Below, piece by piece: positions 51,525 to 60,516 of a stretch of DNA of 64,000 nucleotides. The stretch's first letter is position 1. The number at the start of each line of letters is the position of its first letter. Source of the stretch: an uncultured Pseudomonadota bacterium (GTDB taxonomy: Bacteria; Myxococcota_A; Polyangia; Fen-1088); the NCBI GenBank assembly GCA_963847705.1, contig CAWKBC010000040.1:96001-160000 (forward strand), written 5' to 3'. The notes beneath the pieces were generated by a model. That model was not told the origin of the DNA. It made no database searches and saw nothing but the letters and a program-made list of their open reading frames with translations. The translations under genes were made by a program, and so were the position numbers.

Positions 51525-52487
51525 ATGCGCAACGAGGGCGGGCATGGGGGGATGGCAGGAATCGCCGGGCAGGGGGGAATCGCCCGACAAAGCGGGAGCT
51601 TGCGGCGCGACAACATCGTGAAGCTGATCCGCCACGAGCTGAACACGCCGCTGGCCACCGCGCTGCTCTATCTCGGGATCGCCGAGGGCTCCGCCGCGGC
51701 ACTCCCGGGGGGAGTTGTGCACTCTGCCTTACGGGTGGCGCGCGCGGAGGTCCAGCGGCTCAAAACATTGCTCGACACCGTGACCGAGCTCGAATGTGTC
51801 GGTTACGCAACCCCCCGGCCGCGCTCAATCAATGTCGGGGAGGCCGTTCGAGCGACCGTTCAACGATTGGTTGCCGTTCGCGACACGGCGAGAGTCAGGG
51901 TGGTCACACTCGGCGATCTGCAGGGGTGGTGGGATCGATCGATGGTCGAGCAGATCGTCGGCAATCTTCTCTCGAATGCCTTGAAGTTCGGCCTCGGGCG
52001 CCCGATTCGAATCGACGTCAAACCGGCGGAGTATGGCGTTCACATCTCGGTTCGCGATCAGGGGATCGGCGTGGCCGCCGCCGACCAGGAATGGATCTTC
52101 GAGCGCAACAGGCACGCCACGCCCGAGGAAGGGGGTGGGCTCGGTCTCGGGCTCTGGCTCGTTCGCGAGCTCGCCTCGGCGCACGGGGGATGGGTGACCC
52201 TGGAGAGCCGGAAAGGCCGGGGGTCGACCTTCACCGTGTTTTTGCGGACGCAGCGGTCTTTGACCCAGACGGGGACCGATGCGGGCCTGGGGACGGGCGT
52301 TCGGTTGCGGGGGACCAACTGGCAAGCGCGGGACGCACGGCCCCACAGGAAGACCCCGTTGCTGGCCCGCCGGGCGAGTGACGAGCACCCCAGGGCCTCG
52401 ACGGCGACGTCTCCGTCGCTGGCCGGGGGCTTGACCACCAATGTCCCCTCGAGGGCCCGAAGGCCGCTCGAGGCGCTGTCACTCTGA
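51525..52487 (+). CDS. Histidine kinase without an obvious sensor domain
   Basis: HELNTPL near the N-terminus, NLLSNALKF, DQGIG, GLGLGL. Confidence 0.85.
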   Translation: MRNEGGHGGMAGIAGQGGIARQSGSLRRDNIVKLIRHELNTPLATALLYLGIAEGSAAALPGGVVHSALRVARAEVQRLKTLLDTVTELECVGYATPRPRSINVGEAVRATVQRLVAVRDTARVRVVTLGDLQGWWDRSMVEQIVGNLLSNALKFGLGRPIRIDVKPAEYGVHISVRDQGIGVAAADQEWIFERNRHATPEEGGGLGLGLWLVRELASAHGGWVTLESRKGRGSTFTVFLRTQRSLTQTGTDAGLGTGVRLRGTNWQARDARPHRKTPLLARRASDEHPRASTATSPSLAGGLTTNVPSRARRPLEALSL

Positions 52488-52594
52488 CGGGCCGCCACCG
52501 ATTGGCCGGCCTCTGCCTCCGTGACCGACCCCGCCTTTCCGCGTCCGGCTCAATGGCGATCGATTATGTCAAATTTGTTACGAAGCCCCGGGTG

Positions 52595-52609
52595 TAGGGA
52601 AATGCCTGA
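52595..52609. promoter_or_regulatory. Imperfect palindrome, possible NarL/LuxR-type operator
   Basis: TAGGGAAATGCCTGA in AT-rich intergenic DNA upstream of the second regulator. Confidence 0.3.
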
Positions 52610-52702
52610 TCTTTGATTGCGAGGCCCCAAAGCACCCATGACTTGGCTATAAATTGCGTTCCCCAAAACTGTCTGCATTTCTCCCCTGGAGCCTTTCCGA
52701 AC

Positions 52703-53389
52703 ATGAAAATTGTCCTGGTCGACGATCACACGCTGTTCCGCGTGGGCGTGCGCCATGTCCTCGCCACGCCGCCCGGCTTCGAGGTAATTGGAGAGGCAAG
52801 CACCGCACGTGGTGCGTTTCGTCTCATCGACGCCATGGTCCCTGATCTGGTGCTGATGGACATCGCCCTGCCAGGGATGGACGGGGTCCTCGCCACCCGC
52901 GAGATCGGCCGGCGCGCTCCCCGGGCGCGCGTGCTGATCGTGAGCGCGCATGATCAGGTCAATGACGTCCTCGACGCGCTCGATGCGGGAGCTGCAGGTT
53001 ACGCGCTCAAGAGCGACGGCCCGGAGACGCTGGTGGAGGCGATTCACGCGGTCAGCAAGGGGCATCGCTACGTGGCGCCCACGCTGGCGCCCCGCCTGGC
53101 GGCGTTCGAGGCGCGCCGGCGCAACGCCAGCGATGTCCTCGGAATCCTCTCGCCCCGCGAGCGGGAGGTCTTTCGACTGGCCTCCGAGTGCGTGATTGCG
53201 CGCGACATGGCCAAGGAGCTCTGCATCGCCCGCAAGACGGTCGACAGCCATCTCAACCGGATCAACCGCAAGCTGGGGCTGCGCAACATGGCGGAGCTCG
53301 TTCGGCTGGCGGCCAACCTGGGGATGCTCCACTCCGCGCGATCGTCACGGGCCGCGGCGCACACCGACGACCGCGAAGCCGACGCCTAG
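52703..53389 (+). CDS. NarL/LuxR-family DNA-binding response regulator (paralog)
   Basis: LVDDH, LMDIALPGMDG, LSPREREVF, ELCIARKTVDSH. Confidence 0.92.
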   Translation: MKIVLVDDHTLFRVGVRHVLATPPGFEVIGEASTARGAFRLIDAMVPDLVLMDIALPGMDGVLATREIGRRAPRARVLIVSAHDQVNDVLDALDAGAAGYALKSDGPETLVEAIHAVSKGHRYVAPTLAPRLAAFEARRRNASDVLGILSPREREVFRLASECVIARDMAKELCIARKTVDSHLNRINRKLGLRNMAELVRLAANLGMLHSARSSRAAAHTDDREADA

Positions 53390-53533
53390 ACGCCAGACGC
53401 CAGACGATCGAGGAGACCGCCTCCGACGGTCGAGCCGCTCAGTTCGATCGCCGCTGTCGCGACAAAGTGAGGCGACGGCGGATTCGCCCGGACCGGGCCC
53501 CCGTCGACGCGCGCGGCTGCCTACGTTGACAGC

Positions 53534-54322
53534 ATGTCACTGTTGCGGCGATCGACGGCCGAGTTCGTGGGGACGTTCTGGTTGGTGTTTGGCGGCTGCG
53601 GCAGCGCGGTCCTGGCCGCGGCCTTTCCCGGTCTGGGGATCGGTTTCGCCGGCGTGGCGCTGGCGTTCGGCCTGACCGTGCTGACCATGGTCGGCGCGCT
53701 GGGCCCGATCTCGGGGGGGCACTTCAACCCGGCGATCTCGGTGGGCCTCTGGGCGGGCGGTCGGTTCCCGAGCCGTGATCTGCCGGCCTACATCGTCGCG
53801 CAGGTGGCGGGTGGGATCGTCGCCGGCGCGGTCCTCTACCTCATCGCCTCCGGTGCGCCGGGCTTCAGCTTGGCCGGAGGTTTCGCCGCCAATGGGTACG
53901 GCGCGCACTCGCCCGGGCACTACGCGCTCCCCGCAGCGGCGCTCTGCGAGACCGTGCTGACCGCCGGGTTCGTCCTGGTGGTCATGGGCGCGACCGATCC
54001 GTCCCGGTCGATCGCCGGGTTCGCCCCGATCATCATCGGCTTGGCGCTGACGCTGATCCACCTCATCAGCATCCCGGTGACCAACACCTCGGTGAACCCG
54101 GCGCGCAGCACCGGCGTGGCGCTCTACGCGGGGTCCTGGGCGGTCGGGCAGCTCTGGCTGTTCTGGCTGGCGCCCATCGTCGGTGGCGCGCTGGGGGGGC
54201 TCGGCTACCGGGCGCTGGTCGATACGCGCCGCGCGCCGCTTCAGAACCGGCGTTCGAGCCCGAAGTCGATGGTCGGCCCGAAGGACATCGCCGAGGGGCC
54301 GCACGGAATCACCGCCTCGTAG
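53534..54322 (+). CDS. aqpZ: Aquaporin Z
   Basis: [49 protein letters not shown]. Confidence 0.95.
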   Translation: MSLLRRSTAEFVGTFWLVFGGCGSAVLAAAFPGLGIGFAGVALAFGLTVLTMVGALGPISGGHFNPAISVGLWAGGRFPSRDLPAYIVAQVAGGIVAGAVLYLIASGAPGFSLAGGFAANGYGAHSPGHYALPAAALCETVLTAGFVLVVMGATDPSRSIAGFAPIIIGLALTLIHLISIPVTNTSVNPARSTGVALYAGSWAVGQLWLFWLAPIVGGALGGLGYRALVDTRRAPLQNRRSSPKSMVGPKDIAEGPHGITAS

Positions 54323-55041
54323 TTGCAGCCCCCCTGGTCGCTGACCCAGGCGGCGCCGAGGCCCGCGCTGATGAACCAGGTGCCGGGACCTCCGTCGCCG
54401 CGCACCCGATCGCGAAGCCCGACGGTGGTGAACGCCCAGGCCTGCAGGTTGAGGCCGCCGTCGATCTGCAGCGACAGGCGCTCGGTCAGCGGAATCCGCA
54501 GCGTTCCGATGATGTTCGAAAAGCCGATCGTCCGCTGGCCGGTGTACTGGTTGGCGGCGACCGAGTAGGCGTACTCGACCGACAGGCTGAGACCGTCGCG
54601 CCGTCCGAGGCGCAGCGTGGGCGCGATCGAGAGGCCGTTGCGCCCGAAGCGCTGGAGCTGGCCGCCGACGCCCAGCCCAACCGCCAGGTAGCGGAGGTTC
54701 AGCGCGGCGGTGAGGCGCGCCTGGGCCAGCGCGCCCGTGCCGTCGCCGCTGGAGACCAGCGCCACCGGCGTCAACTCGATCCCCAGCGTCAGCGGGAACC
54801 GGAAGTCGTGCTCGAACCGGGCCTCGCCCAGGCCGCCCCAGCTGTTGCTGGTCAGCCCGAGGAACGGCTGGACCTTCAGCTCGAACCGGTTCAGCTCCGT
54901 GGAGGCCGGCGTCGGCGGAGGCGGGGCCACGCGGGCAATTGCTTGCACACCACCGGGCGCTCCGTCGGACGTTGCGTCGACGTCGACCGCGGTCGTCGAG
55001 ACCAAGGCCGCCAGGAGAGAGAGTGTGAGCGTCCCCGTCAT
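54241..55041 (-). CDS. Hypothetical exported, probable outer-membrane beta-barrel protein
   Basis: Signal peptide; amphipathic strands; terminal Phe (GLERRF). Confidence 0.55.
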   Translation of the reverse strand: MTGTLTLSLLAALVSTTAVDVDATSDGAPGGVQAIARVAPPPPTPASTELNRFELKVQPFLGLTSNSWGGLGEARFEHDFRFPLTLGIELTPVALVSSGDGTGALAQARLTAALNLRYLAVGLGVGGQLQRFGRNGLSIAPTLRLGRRDGLSLSVEYAYSVAANQYTGQRTIGFSNIIGTLRIPLTERLSLQIDGGLNLQAWAFTTVGLRDRVRGDGGPGTWFISAGLGAAWVSDQGGCNYEAVIPCGPSAMSFGPTIDFGLERRF

Positions 55042-55053
55042 CCGGTCATCCCC

Positions 55054-56469
55054 TCATCCGACGACGCGAACCGCTTCCAGGGCTTGCGCGTGGCGCAGCC
55101 AGGCCTGCAGCCGCTCGTCGGGCCCGCGCGGATCGACGTGATGGGACGGCAGGCCGCCCGCCCGCGCCAGCGCCTCGAGCTCCGGCTGGCTGGTCGACCG
55201 GAAGGGAGCGCTCTGGATCACCGAGGCGGGGATCTCGATCGTCGGCGGCAGCGCGGCGACAGGCGTCATCACCGAGGCGCGATCGGGATCGATGCAGGCC
55301 GAGAGATCGGCGGCGGCGTCCATGCGCGGGCCGAGGCTGGCGATCCCGAATCGCGTCGCCAGCGTCGCCAGGATGGAGACGTGCTCGTAGGGAGTCGAGA
55401 CGACCGCCCCCTGGCGCACCTGCGGCCCCACCACCAGCGCCGGCACGCGAAAGCCGATCTGACGGAAGTCGGGATCGTCGTCGGGGACCGTCGGCGGCGG
55501 AACGTGATCGTAATAGCCGCCGTGCTCGTCGAACATGATGACCAGGAGCGCGCGCGGCCAGTGGACGCTGGCCACCAGCGCGCGGTGAATGCTGCTCAGA
55601 AAGGCCTCGGCCAGGCTGAAATCGAAGGGGGGATGGCCGTCGTTGACGTTGAAGTCGGGATCGATGATCGAGAAGCTGGGGAGCGCGCCGCGCGCGGCGT
55701 CGGTGAAGAAATGATCGATCGTCTGCGGTGCGACCGCGTCGTTGCCCGAGAAGCTGTTGGCCGGGAAGGTGACGCTGTACCAGGGGACGCTCCCCGCGTA
55801 GTAGTAGCTGGCCGGGACGCAGCGCTCGGCCAGCCGCTGCCAGACCGTCGGCGGCGGGTTGAGCCCCATCGGCAGGTTGGTCTTGTGGCCCGCGGCCGTG
55901 GCGGCGTGAAGGTAATAACGGTTGGGCCAGGTCGGTCCCATCACCGAAGAGAACCAGCGGTCACAAACGGCGTACTGGTCACACAGGCTGTAGAGAAACG
56001 GCACCGTGGCGCGCTGGTGGAAGCTCATCACCTCGGCCTGGTTGGGGCCGGGGTTGACGATGGCGAAGCCGTCGTTGCGGCCGCCGTTGAACGCCCGATG
56101 CGAGGAGTCCCAGTCGTGCTTGGGGTCGAGCTTGGAGACTTCGGCCGGCGCCAGGTTGACCGTCACCGGCAGACCAGCACTGTCGAGGTTGGTCTCGGTT
56201 CCGGTCAGCCCGTCCACGAGCTTGGCCCCCGGATAGCTGGGATCGGTGGCCAGCGCGCCGAACAGATGATCGAACGAGCGGTTCTCCATCATCACGACGA
56301 CGATGGTGTCGATCCCCGAGAGCAGCCCCGGCGCGGCCCCGGCGGCGATTGGACCGGGCGGGCAGCGATCGGCGCCCGTCCCACAAGCGTCCAGCCCGAG
56401 AGCGAACGCTCCCGCGCCGAGCCCCAGCTTCAATGCTGCGCGACGCGTGAGCTGATCCGTTCTTGCCAT
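55054..56469 (-). CDS. Tat-exported phospholipase C / phosphoesterase family protein
   Basis: TRRAALK + LDAC; MMENRSFDH, GPTWPNR, DGHPP, DEHGGYYDHV, GFRVP, EHVSIL. Confidence 0.9.
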   Translation of the reverse strand: MARTDQLTRRAALKLGLGAGAFALGLDACGTGADRCPPGPIAAGAAPGLLSGIDTIVVVMMENRSFDHLFGALATDPSYPGAKLVDGLTGTETNLDSAGLPVTVNLAPAEVSKLDPKHDWDSSHRAFNGGRNDGFAIVNPGPNQAEVMSFHQRATVPFLYSLCDQYAVCDRWFSSVMGPTWPNRYYLHAATAAGHKTNLPMGLNPPPTVWQRLAERCVPASYYYAGSVPWYSVTFPANSFSGNDAVAPQTIDHFFTDAARGALPSFSIIDPDFNVNDGHPPFDFSLAEAFLSSIHRALVASVHWPRALLVIMFDEHGGYYDHVPPPTVPDDDPDFRQIGFRVPALVVGPQVRQGAVVSTPYEHVSILATLATRFGIASLGPRMDAAADLSACIDPDRASVMTPVAALPPTIEIPASVIQSAPFRSTSQPELEALARAGGLPSHHVDPRGPDERLQAWLRHAQALEAVRVVG

Positions 56470-56568
56470 TCCGACTTCACCGCCTGAATCGACCCGATCC
56501 GTGAGGCGGCGTCTGATTGTTCGAGACGCACTCTTGTGCTGCAAGCTCGGCCAGCGTGGTTTTCTCAG

Positions 56569-56618
56569 CCGACCCGCAAGCGCCGGGCGCACTCCGACCG
56601 GCAAGCGCCGGGCGCATT
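56569..56618. repeat. Two tandem 25-bp units in a divergent intergenic region
   Basis: ccgacccgcaagcgccgggcgcact / ccgaccggcaagcgccgggcgcatt. Confidence 0.75.
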
Positions 56619-56902
56619 GGTGACGCACGCAACGGGCCTGACGTTGCCCGCCCTGTTCGCATCCGCACCTTCGGCTTCTGTGATCCCTGCCGGTGCCCCG
56701 CTCGCCCTGTGAACGATGGAAGCCGTGCCCGTGGTTCCTCTGTCGCCGATCCCCGACGCTCCGGTGCCTCGCCCGGCGCACCCTTGCCTGCGCACGGCGT
56801 TCGAGGTGCTCCTGGTCATCGGCGTGGGGGCCATCTGCACCGAGAGGCCGGTGCTGGTGGGACGGGCGCGCGCCGCCCGTGATAAGAAAATCCTGCGCGG
56901 CG

Positions 56903-57427
56903 ATGTGGGCACCGATCTTGGCGATGGTTTTGGCGACGGAGCTTCCGGCCCCCGCCGCCGAGGCGCCGCCCCGTGACCCGGCACCGGTCGGCTTCATCGC
57001 GGGCGCGGCCACCGCCATCGTGCCGCTGATTGTCGGCGGTTCGCTGATGGCCGAGGACCAGTCGCCCAGGCTCGAGGCGGCCGGGTTCATCGTGATGGCC
57101 TCGGGGTTCGCGCTCGCGCCCTGGGTCGCGCACGGCCTCGAGGGGTCATGGAGACGCGCCGCGATCTATGGCGGCCTCTCGCTGGCGCTCTCGGCCGGCG
57201 CGGTGGCGGAGATGGAGGCGAGCGCCGCCTTCGAGCGCCGCGTGGGCAACAAGCAGCGAATCCCGACCAAGATCCTCCTGCCGCTGGCGATGGGGAGCGC
57301 GATGCTGGGCGTCGTGATGAGCCTGTTCGACCACGACCTGGCCGAGCCGCCCCCGCGGCTCTCATTGTGGCTGGCGCCCGCCGGAGGGGGGTTCGCGACC
57401 GGGCTCGGCTGGAGCGCGCCGCTTTGA
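56903..57427 (+). CDS. Hypothetical membrane/exported protein
   Basis: Several hydrophobic helices; stop overlaps the next start; start uncertain. Confidence 0.55.
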   Translation: MWAPILAMVLATELPAPAAEAPPRDPAPVGFIAGAATAIVPLIVGGSLMAEDQSPRLEAAGFIVMASGFALAPWVAHGLEGSWRRAAIYGGLSLALSAGAVAEMEASAAFERRVGNKQRIPTKILLPLAMGSAMLGVVMSLFDHDLAEPPPRLSLWLAPAGGGFATGLGWSAPL

Positions 57428-57675
57428 AGCGCGGGTGGACCGGGAGGGGCCGCTCGCTGCCTGGCGTCCTGGTGACCGCGTCGCTGGTGATCGCGCTCGT
57501 GGCCGGCGGGTGCGCCATGGTCCCCCAGAACCGGCGCAAGCACCTGGCGGACCCCTTGATGAGCGCCGACGGCGACCCGCTGCTGAACGCCAGCAGGCGG
57601 AAGCTCTACACCTCGCGCGAGTCGGCGGGAGGCGGCGACGCGGCGCCGGCCGGGGGCGGATGCGGCTGTCAGTAA
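57424..57675 (+). CDS. DUF4266-like small lipoprotein
   Basis: Lipobox AGGC; 'LADPLM..SRESAGGG..GGGCGCQ'. Confidence 0.8.
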   Translation: MKRGWTGRGRSLPGVLVTASLVIALVAGGCAMVPQNRRKHLADPLMSADGDPLLNASRRKLYTSRESAGGGDAAPAGGGCGCQ

Positions 57676-58874
57676 TTGCAGCCGCCGCCACGCTCGGCTT
57701 CGTCTGCCCCTCACCCACGCGCGGCGCGCCGATGCTCGCGGCGCCCCCGCTCCCGCCCCCGATCGACGAGCCGGTGATCGTCCACGCACCCGCGTATGAG
57801 ATCCGGTTGATCGCGCTGCGCTTCACCTACTTCGATCAGGACGGCCTCGGCTACCAATCGGCGGCCGGCCCGGCCTCCGGACCCGGCTCGGAGCGCACCA
57901 CCATCGCCCAGCCGCAGAACGAGGTGGTGGCGACGCTCGGCGATCGCCTGACCGAGCGGATCGTCACCTCCGTCGACGTCATCACCGCCGCGTCGCCCAA
58001 CCACAAGCTCTACGGGCTTCCCGTGGGGACCCCGGTCGACGCGATCAGCTCGCCGTCGCGGATCAACGAAGCGGGGCAGATCGACTCCGACACCACCTAC
58101 GCCTGGAGCCGCACCACCAACCTCGGCGTTCACGCCGACTATCACCTGGAGGAGCCGCTCGAGTCCTGGGGGCTCGGCATGTTCGCCACGCACTCGTTCG
58201 CCGACGACAACACCGTCTTGTCGGCCAGCCTGTTCCAGCTCATCGACTGGTTCGACTATTTCAACCTCGACGGCAAACGCTACGGCCGCGACGTGCGCAC
58301 CACCAGCAACGTCAATCTCGGCATCACCCAGCTGCTGACGCCGACGACGATCGCCCTCGCCAGCTACGGCTTCACCACGCAGGGCGGGACGCTGACCAAC
58401 ACCTGGAACAGCGTGCCCCTCACCGACGGGACGCGCGGCACGGAGCTCGTCCCGCGCCGGCGCGACAGGCACGCCCTCTCGGGGCGTCTCGTGCAGTGGC
58501 TCCCCTGGCAAGGGGCGCTCAGGCTCGGCTACCGCTTCTACGCCGACAGCTGGGGCTCGGTCGCGCACACCGTGGACGCCAACGTCTCGCAGCGGGTGGG
58601 GCGGCTGACGCTCGACCTCGGCGCGCGCTACCACCGGCAGTCGGCGGTCGACTTCTTCGGCATCGCGTTCGATCCCGCCGGCACCGGGTTTCGCACGGCC
58701 GACAGCGATCTGGCTGCCTTCAACGCCCACGCCATCTCGGCGGGCGCACGCTGGGATCAGCCGATCGGCCGCCGCGGACAGCAGATGTATTTCGCGCTGA
58801 CCGGCGAGCGCTACGTCCGCTCCAATGATCTGCACGTCGACTTCGTCAGCGGCGCGGTAGGATGGCAGCAATGA
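57660..58874 (+). CDS. DUF3570-like outer-membrane beta-barrel protein
   Basis: Overlaps the DUF4266 end; VDVITAAS, VDAISSPS, YRFYADSWG..AHT, ADSDLAAF. Confidence 0.8.
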   Translation: MRLSVIAAAATLGFVCPSPTRGAPMLAAPPLPPPIDEPVIVHAPAYEIRLIALRFTYFDQDGLGYQSAAGPASGPGSERTTIAQPQNEVVATLGDRLTERIVTSVDVITAASPNHKLYGLPVGTPVDAISSPSRINEAGQIDSDTTYAWSRTTNLGVHADYHLEEPLESWGLGMFATHSFADDNTVLSASLFQLIDWFDYFNLDGKRYGRDVRTTSNVNLGITQLLTPTTIALASYGFTTQGGTLTNTWNSVPLTDGTRGTELVPRRRDRHALSGRLVQWLPWQGALRLGYRFYADSWGSVAHTVDANVSQRVGRLTLDLGARYHRQSAVDFFGIAFDPAGTGFRTADSDLAAFNAHAISAGARWDQPIGRRGQQMYFALTGERYVRSNDLHVDFVSGAVGWQQ

Positions 58875-59434
58875 GCCGGCCCGGACTGCTCGTCGTGACG
58901 TTCGCGGTCGGTCTCACCGGCTGCGGAAATCCCGGCTGGCGCGGGGCGAGCGCGCCGGTGAGCGCACCCGCGGCCAGCGAATCGGGTTGGCAACAGATCA
59001 CGCTCGCCGACCTCGACAGCCGCCCGGTCACGCTGGCCAAGGTGCTGGCAGGCCGCCCCGCGCTGGTGAACCTGTGGGCCCCTTGGTGCGAGCGCTGCAA
59101 GACCGAGCTCCCGGATCTCGACCGCCTGTCGCGACGGCTCGAAGGCTGCGGCGTCATCGTCGGGGTGGCGGTGGGGGAGGACGCGCCCCACACGGCAGCC
59201 TTCGTGCATCAGCATGGGCTGGTCTATCCGCAGGTCGTCGACGAGGGCTTTCACCTGGCGGACGCGCTCCGGCAGAGCCGGGTCCCGACCACTCTGGTGG
59301 TCGACGGAGAAGGGTCGATCGTCCACGTCGGGTTGGCGCTCGACCAGGCGGCGGTCGGTGCGCTCGAGGCCGCGCTCAGCCGCGCGGACGCCGACGGGCA
59401 CTGCAAAAGAAATCGGCTGGCCGCTCCGGGCTAG
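58871..59434 (+). CDS. TlpA-family thioredoxin lipoprotein
   Basis: Lipobox LTGC; NLWAPWCERC..ELP; VPTTLVVD. Confidence 0.88.
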   Translation: MSRPGLLVVTFAVGLTGCGNPGWRGASAPVSAPAASESGWQQITLADLDSRPVTLAKVLAGRPALVNLWAPWCERCKTELPDLDRLSRRLEGCGVIVGVAVGEDAPHTAAFVHQHGLVYPQVVDEGFHLADALRQSRVPTTLVVDGEGSIVHVGLALDQAAVGALEAALSRADADGHCKRNRLAAPG

Positions 59435-59601
59435 GCTGGGCTGGTGCGCCCGCAGCCGGCACCCACGAACGTTCGTGGTGGGCCCGCCAAATTTCGTGGC
59501 CACGATGCAGCGAGCGACGAGGAGGCGACCCCCCCTCCGCAGAAACTGCCTCTTTTGCGGTGGGGTGGAGTCGAGTACATTATTTGCATCTTGGTAAGAT
59601 C

Positions 59602-59790
59602 ATGTTCAGAGGCGTGAAGGTGTTTTCGGCGACGAAGGCGCGAGACCGTGAGGCTCTCGGCGAGAACGTGACGAGGTGGCTGGTCGATCATCCCCAGCTG
59701 CAGATCGTGGATAAGACGGTGACTCAGAGCTCGGACGCCGAGTTCCACTGTCTGACGATCACTCTGTTCTACGAAGCGCCCGCCGTCTGA
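59602..59790 (+). CDS. Small 62-aa protein resembling a conserved myxobacterial hypothetical
   Basis: MFRGVKVFSATKARDREALGENVTRWL..VTQSSDAEFHCLTITLFY; globular composition; ATG at 59602. Confidence 0.7.
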   Translation: MFRGVKVFSATKARDREALGENVTRWLVDHPQLQIVDKTVTQSSDAEFHCLTITLFYEAPAV

Positions 59791-59876
59791 CGAGCGGCTC
59801 GCTGCTCGTGCTGCGCGGAGGGCCAGAGTGTCCTTCGTACAGACAGTCGTACGGTTTCCAGACACCGTGCGGTGAG

Positions 59877-60494
59877 TCAGACCCAGTTGTAGTTGAAGCT
59901 GATGCTGACGCGCTCGCCGCGCGTGGGGTTGGAGGCGACCTCGTGCCGCAGCCAGCTCTCGAACAGGATCAGCTTCCCCGCGGCGACGTCGTAGGAGACC
60001 TGCTGGCGGTTTTCGGGCCGACAGGGGTCGCGCTTCGGTGGCGCGCCCATGAGCTTGTCGAGCCGCGGGTCCTCGAACCGCAGGCGGGAGGACCCCGGCG
60101 GCGTCGCCACGTAGTAGGTCCCGCTGACCACCGCCAGCGGGTGCAGGTGCAGCGAGTGGACCGCGTGCCGTGACATCACGTTCACCCAGCAGTCGGTCAT
60201 GGCCAGCCGCGCGCCCTGCAGGTTCATGTCCAGCCGCCGCGCGAACCGGTTCACGTGGCGGCGGAGCTTCGCTTCCAGCTCGATGAAGGTCGAGAACGTC
60301 CGGTGGAGGTTGGTCATCGTCCCGTAAGAGGTGTATCCCGCGGGATAGTTCTTGCGGCACCAGCGCTGGCCGGCGCGATCGTGGGCACGGATCTTGTGGC
60401 AGTCCTCGAGCAGCGCCCGCGCGAAGGCGTCGTTGCCCCGCGGCTGCAAGGGGGAGTCGTAAATGAAGGTCGGGAACCAGGGTTTGATCGGCAT
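59877..60494 (-). CDS. TIGR02466-family putative 2OG-Fe(II) oxygenase
   Basis: FPTFIY, WVN..HSLHLHP..SGTYYV, FEDPR, FESWLRHEV, RVSISFN. Confidence 0.85.
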   Translation of the reverse strand: MPIKPWFPTFIYDSPLQPRGNDAFARALLEDCHKIRAHDRAGQRWCRKNYPAGYTSYGTMTNLHRTFSTFIELEAKLRRHVNRFARRLDMNLQGARLAMTDCWVNVMSRHAVHSLHLHPLAVVSGTYYVATPPGSSRLRFEDPRLDKLMGAPPKRDPCRPENRQQVSYDVAAGKLILFESWLRHEVASNPTRGERVSISFNYNWV

Positions 60495-60516
60495 GGAAGG
60501 TGGCGCTTCGGCTCGG

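Noticed and set aside
52643-52658. TGGCTATAAATTGC as a sigma-54 promoter (similar look-alikes near 37628, 37735 and 56540)
   Set aside because: GG-to-GC spacing is 8, 9 or 11 nt rather than the required 10.
56716-56976. 86-aa ORF in the intergenic region
   Set aside because: It overlaps the better-supported gene at 56903 and has no recognisable features.
59463-59478. CGAAC/GTTCG as a LexA box
   Set aside because: It lacks the 4-nt spacer of the GAAC-N4-GTTC box.
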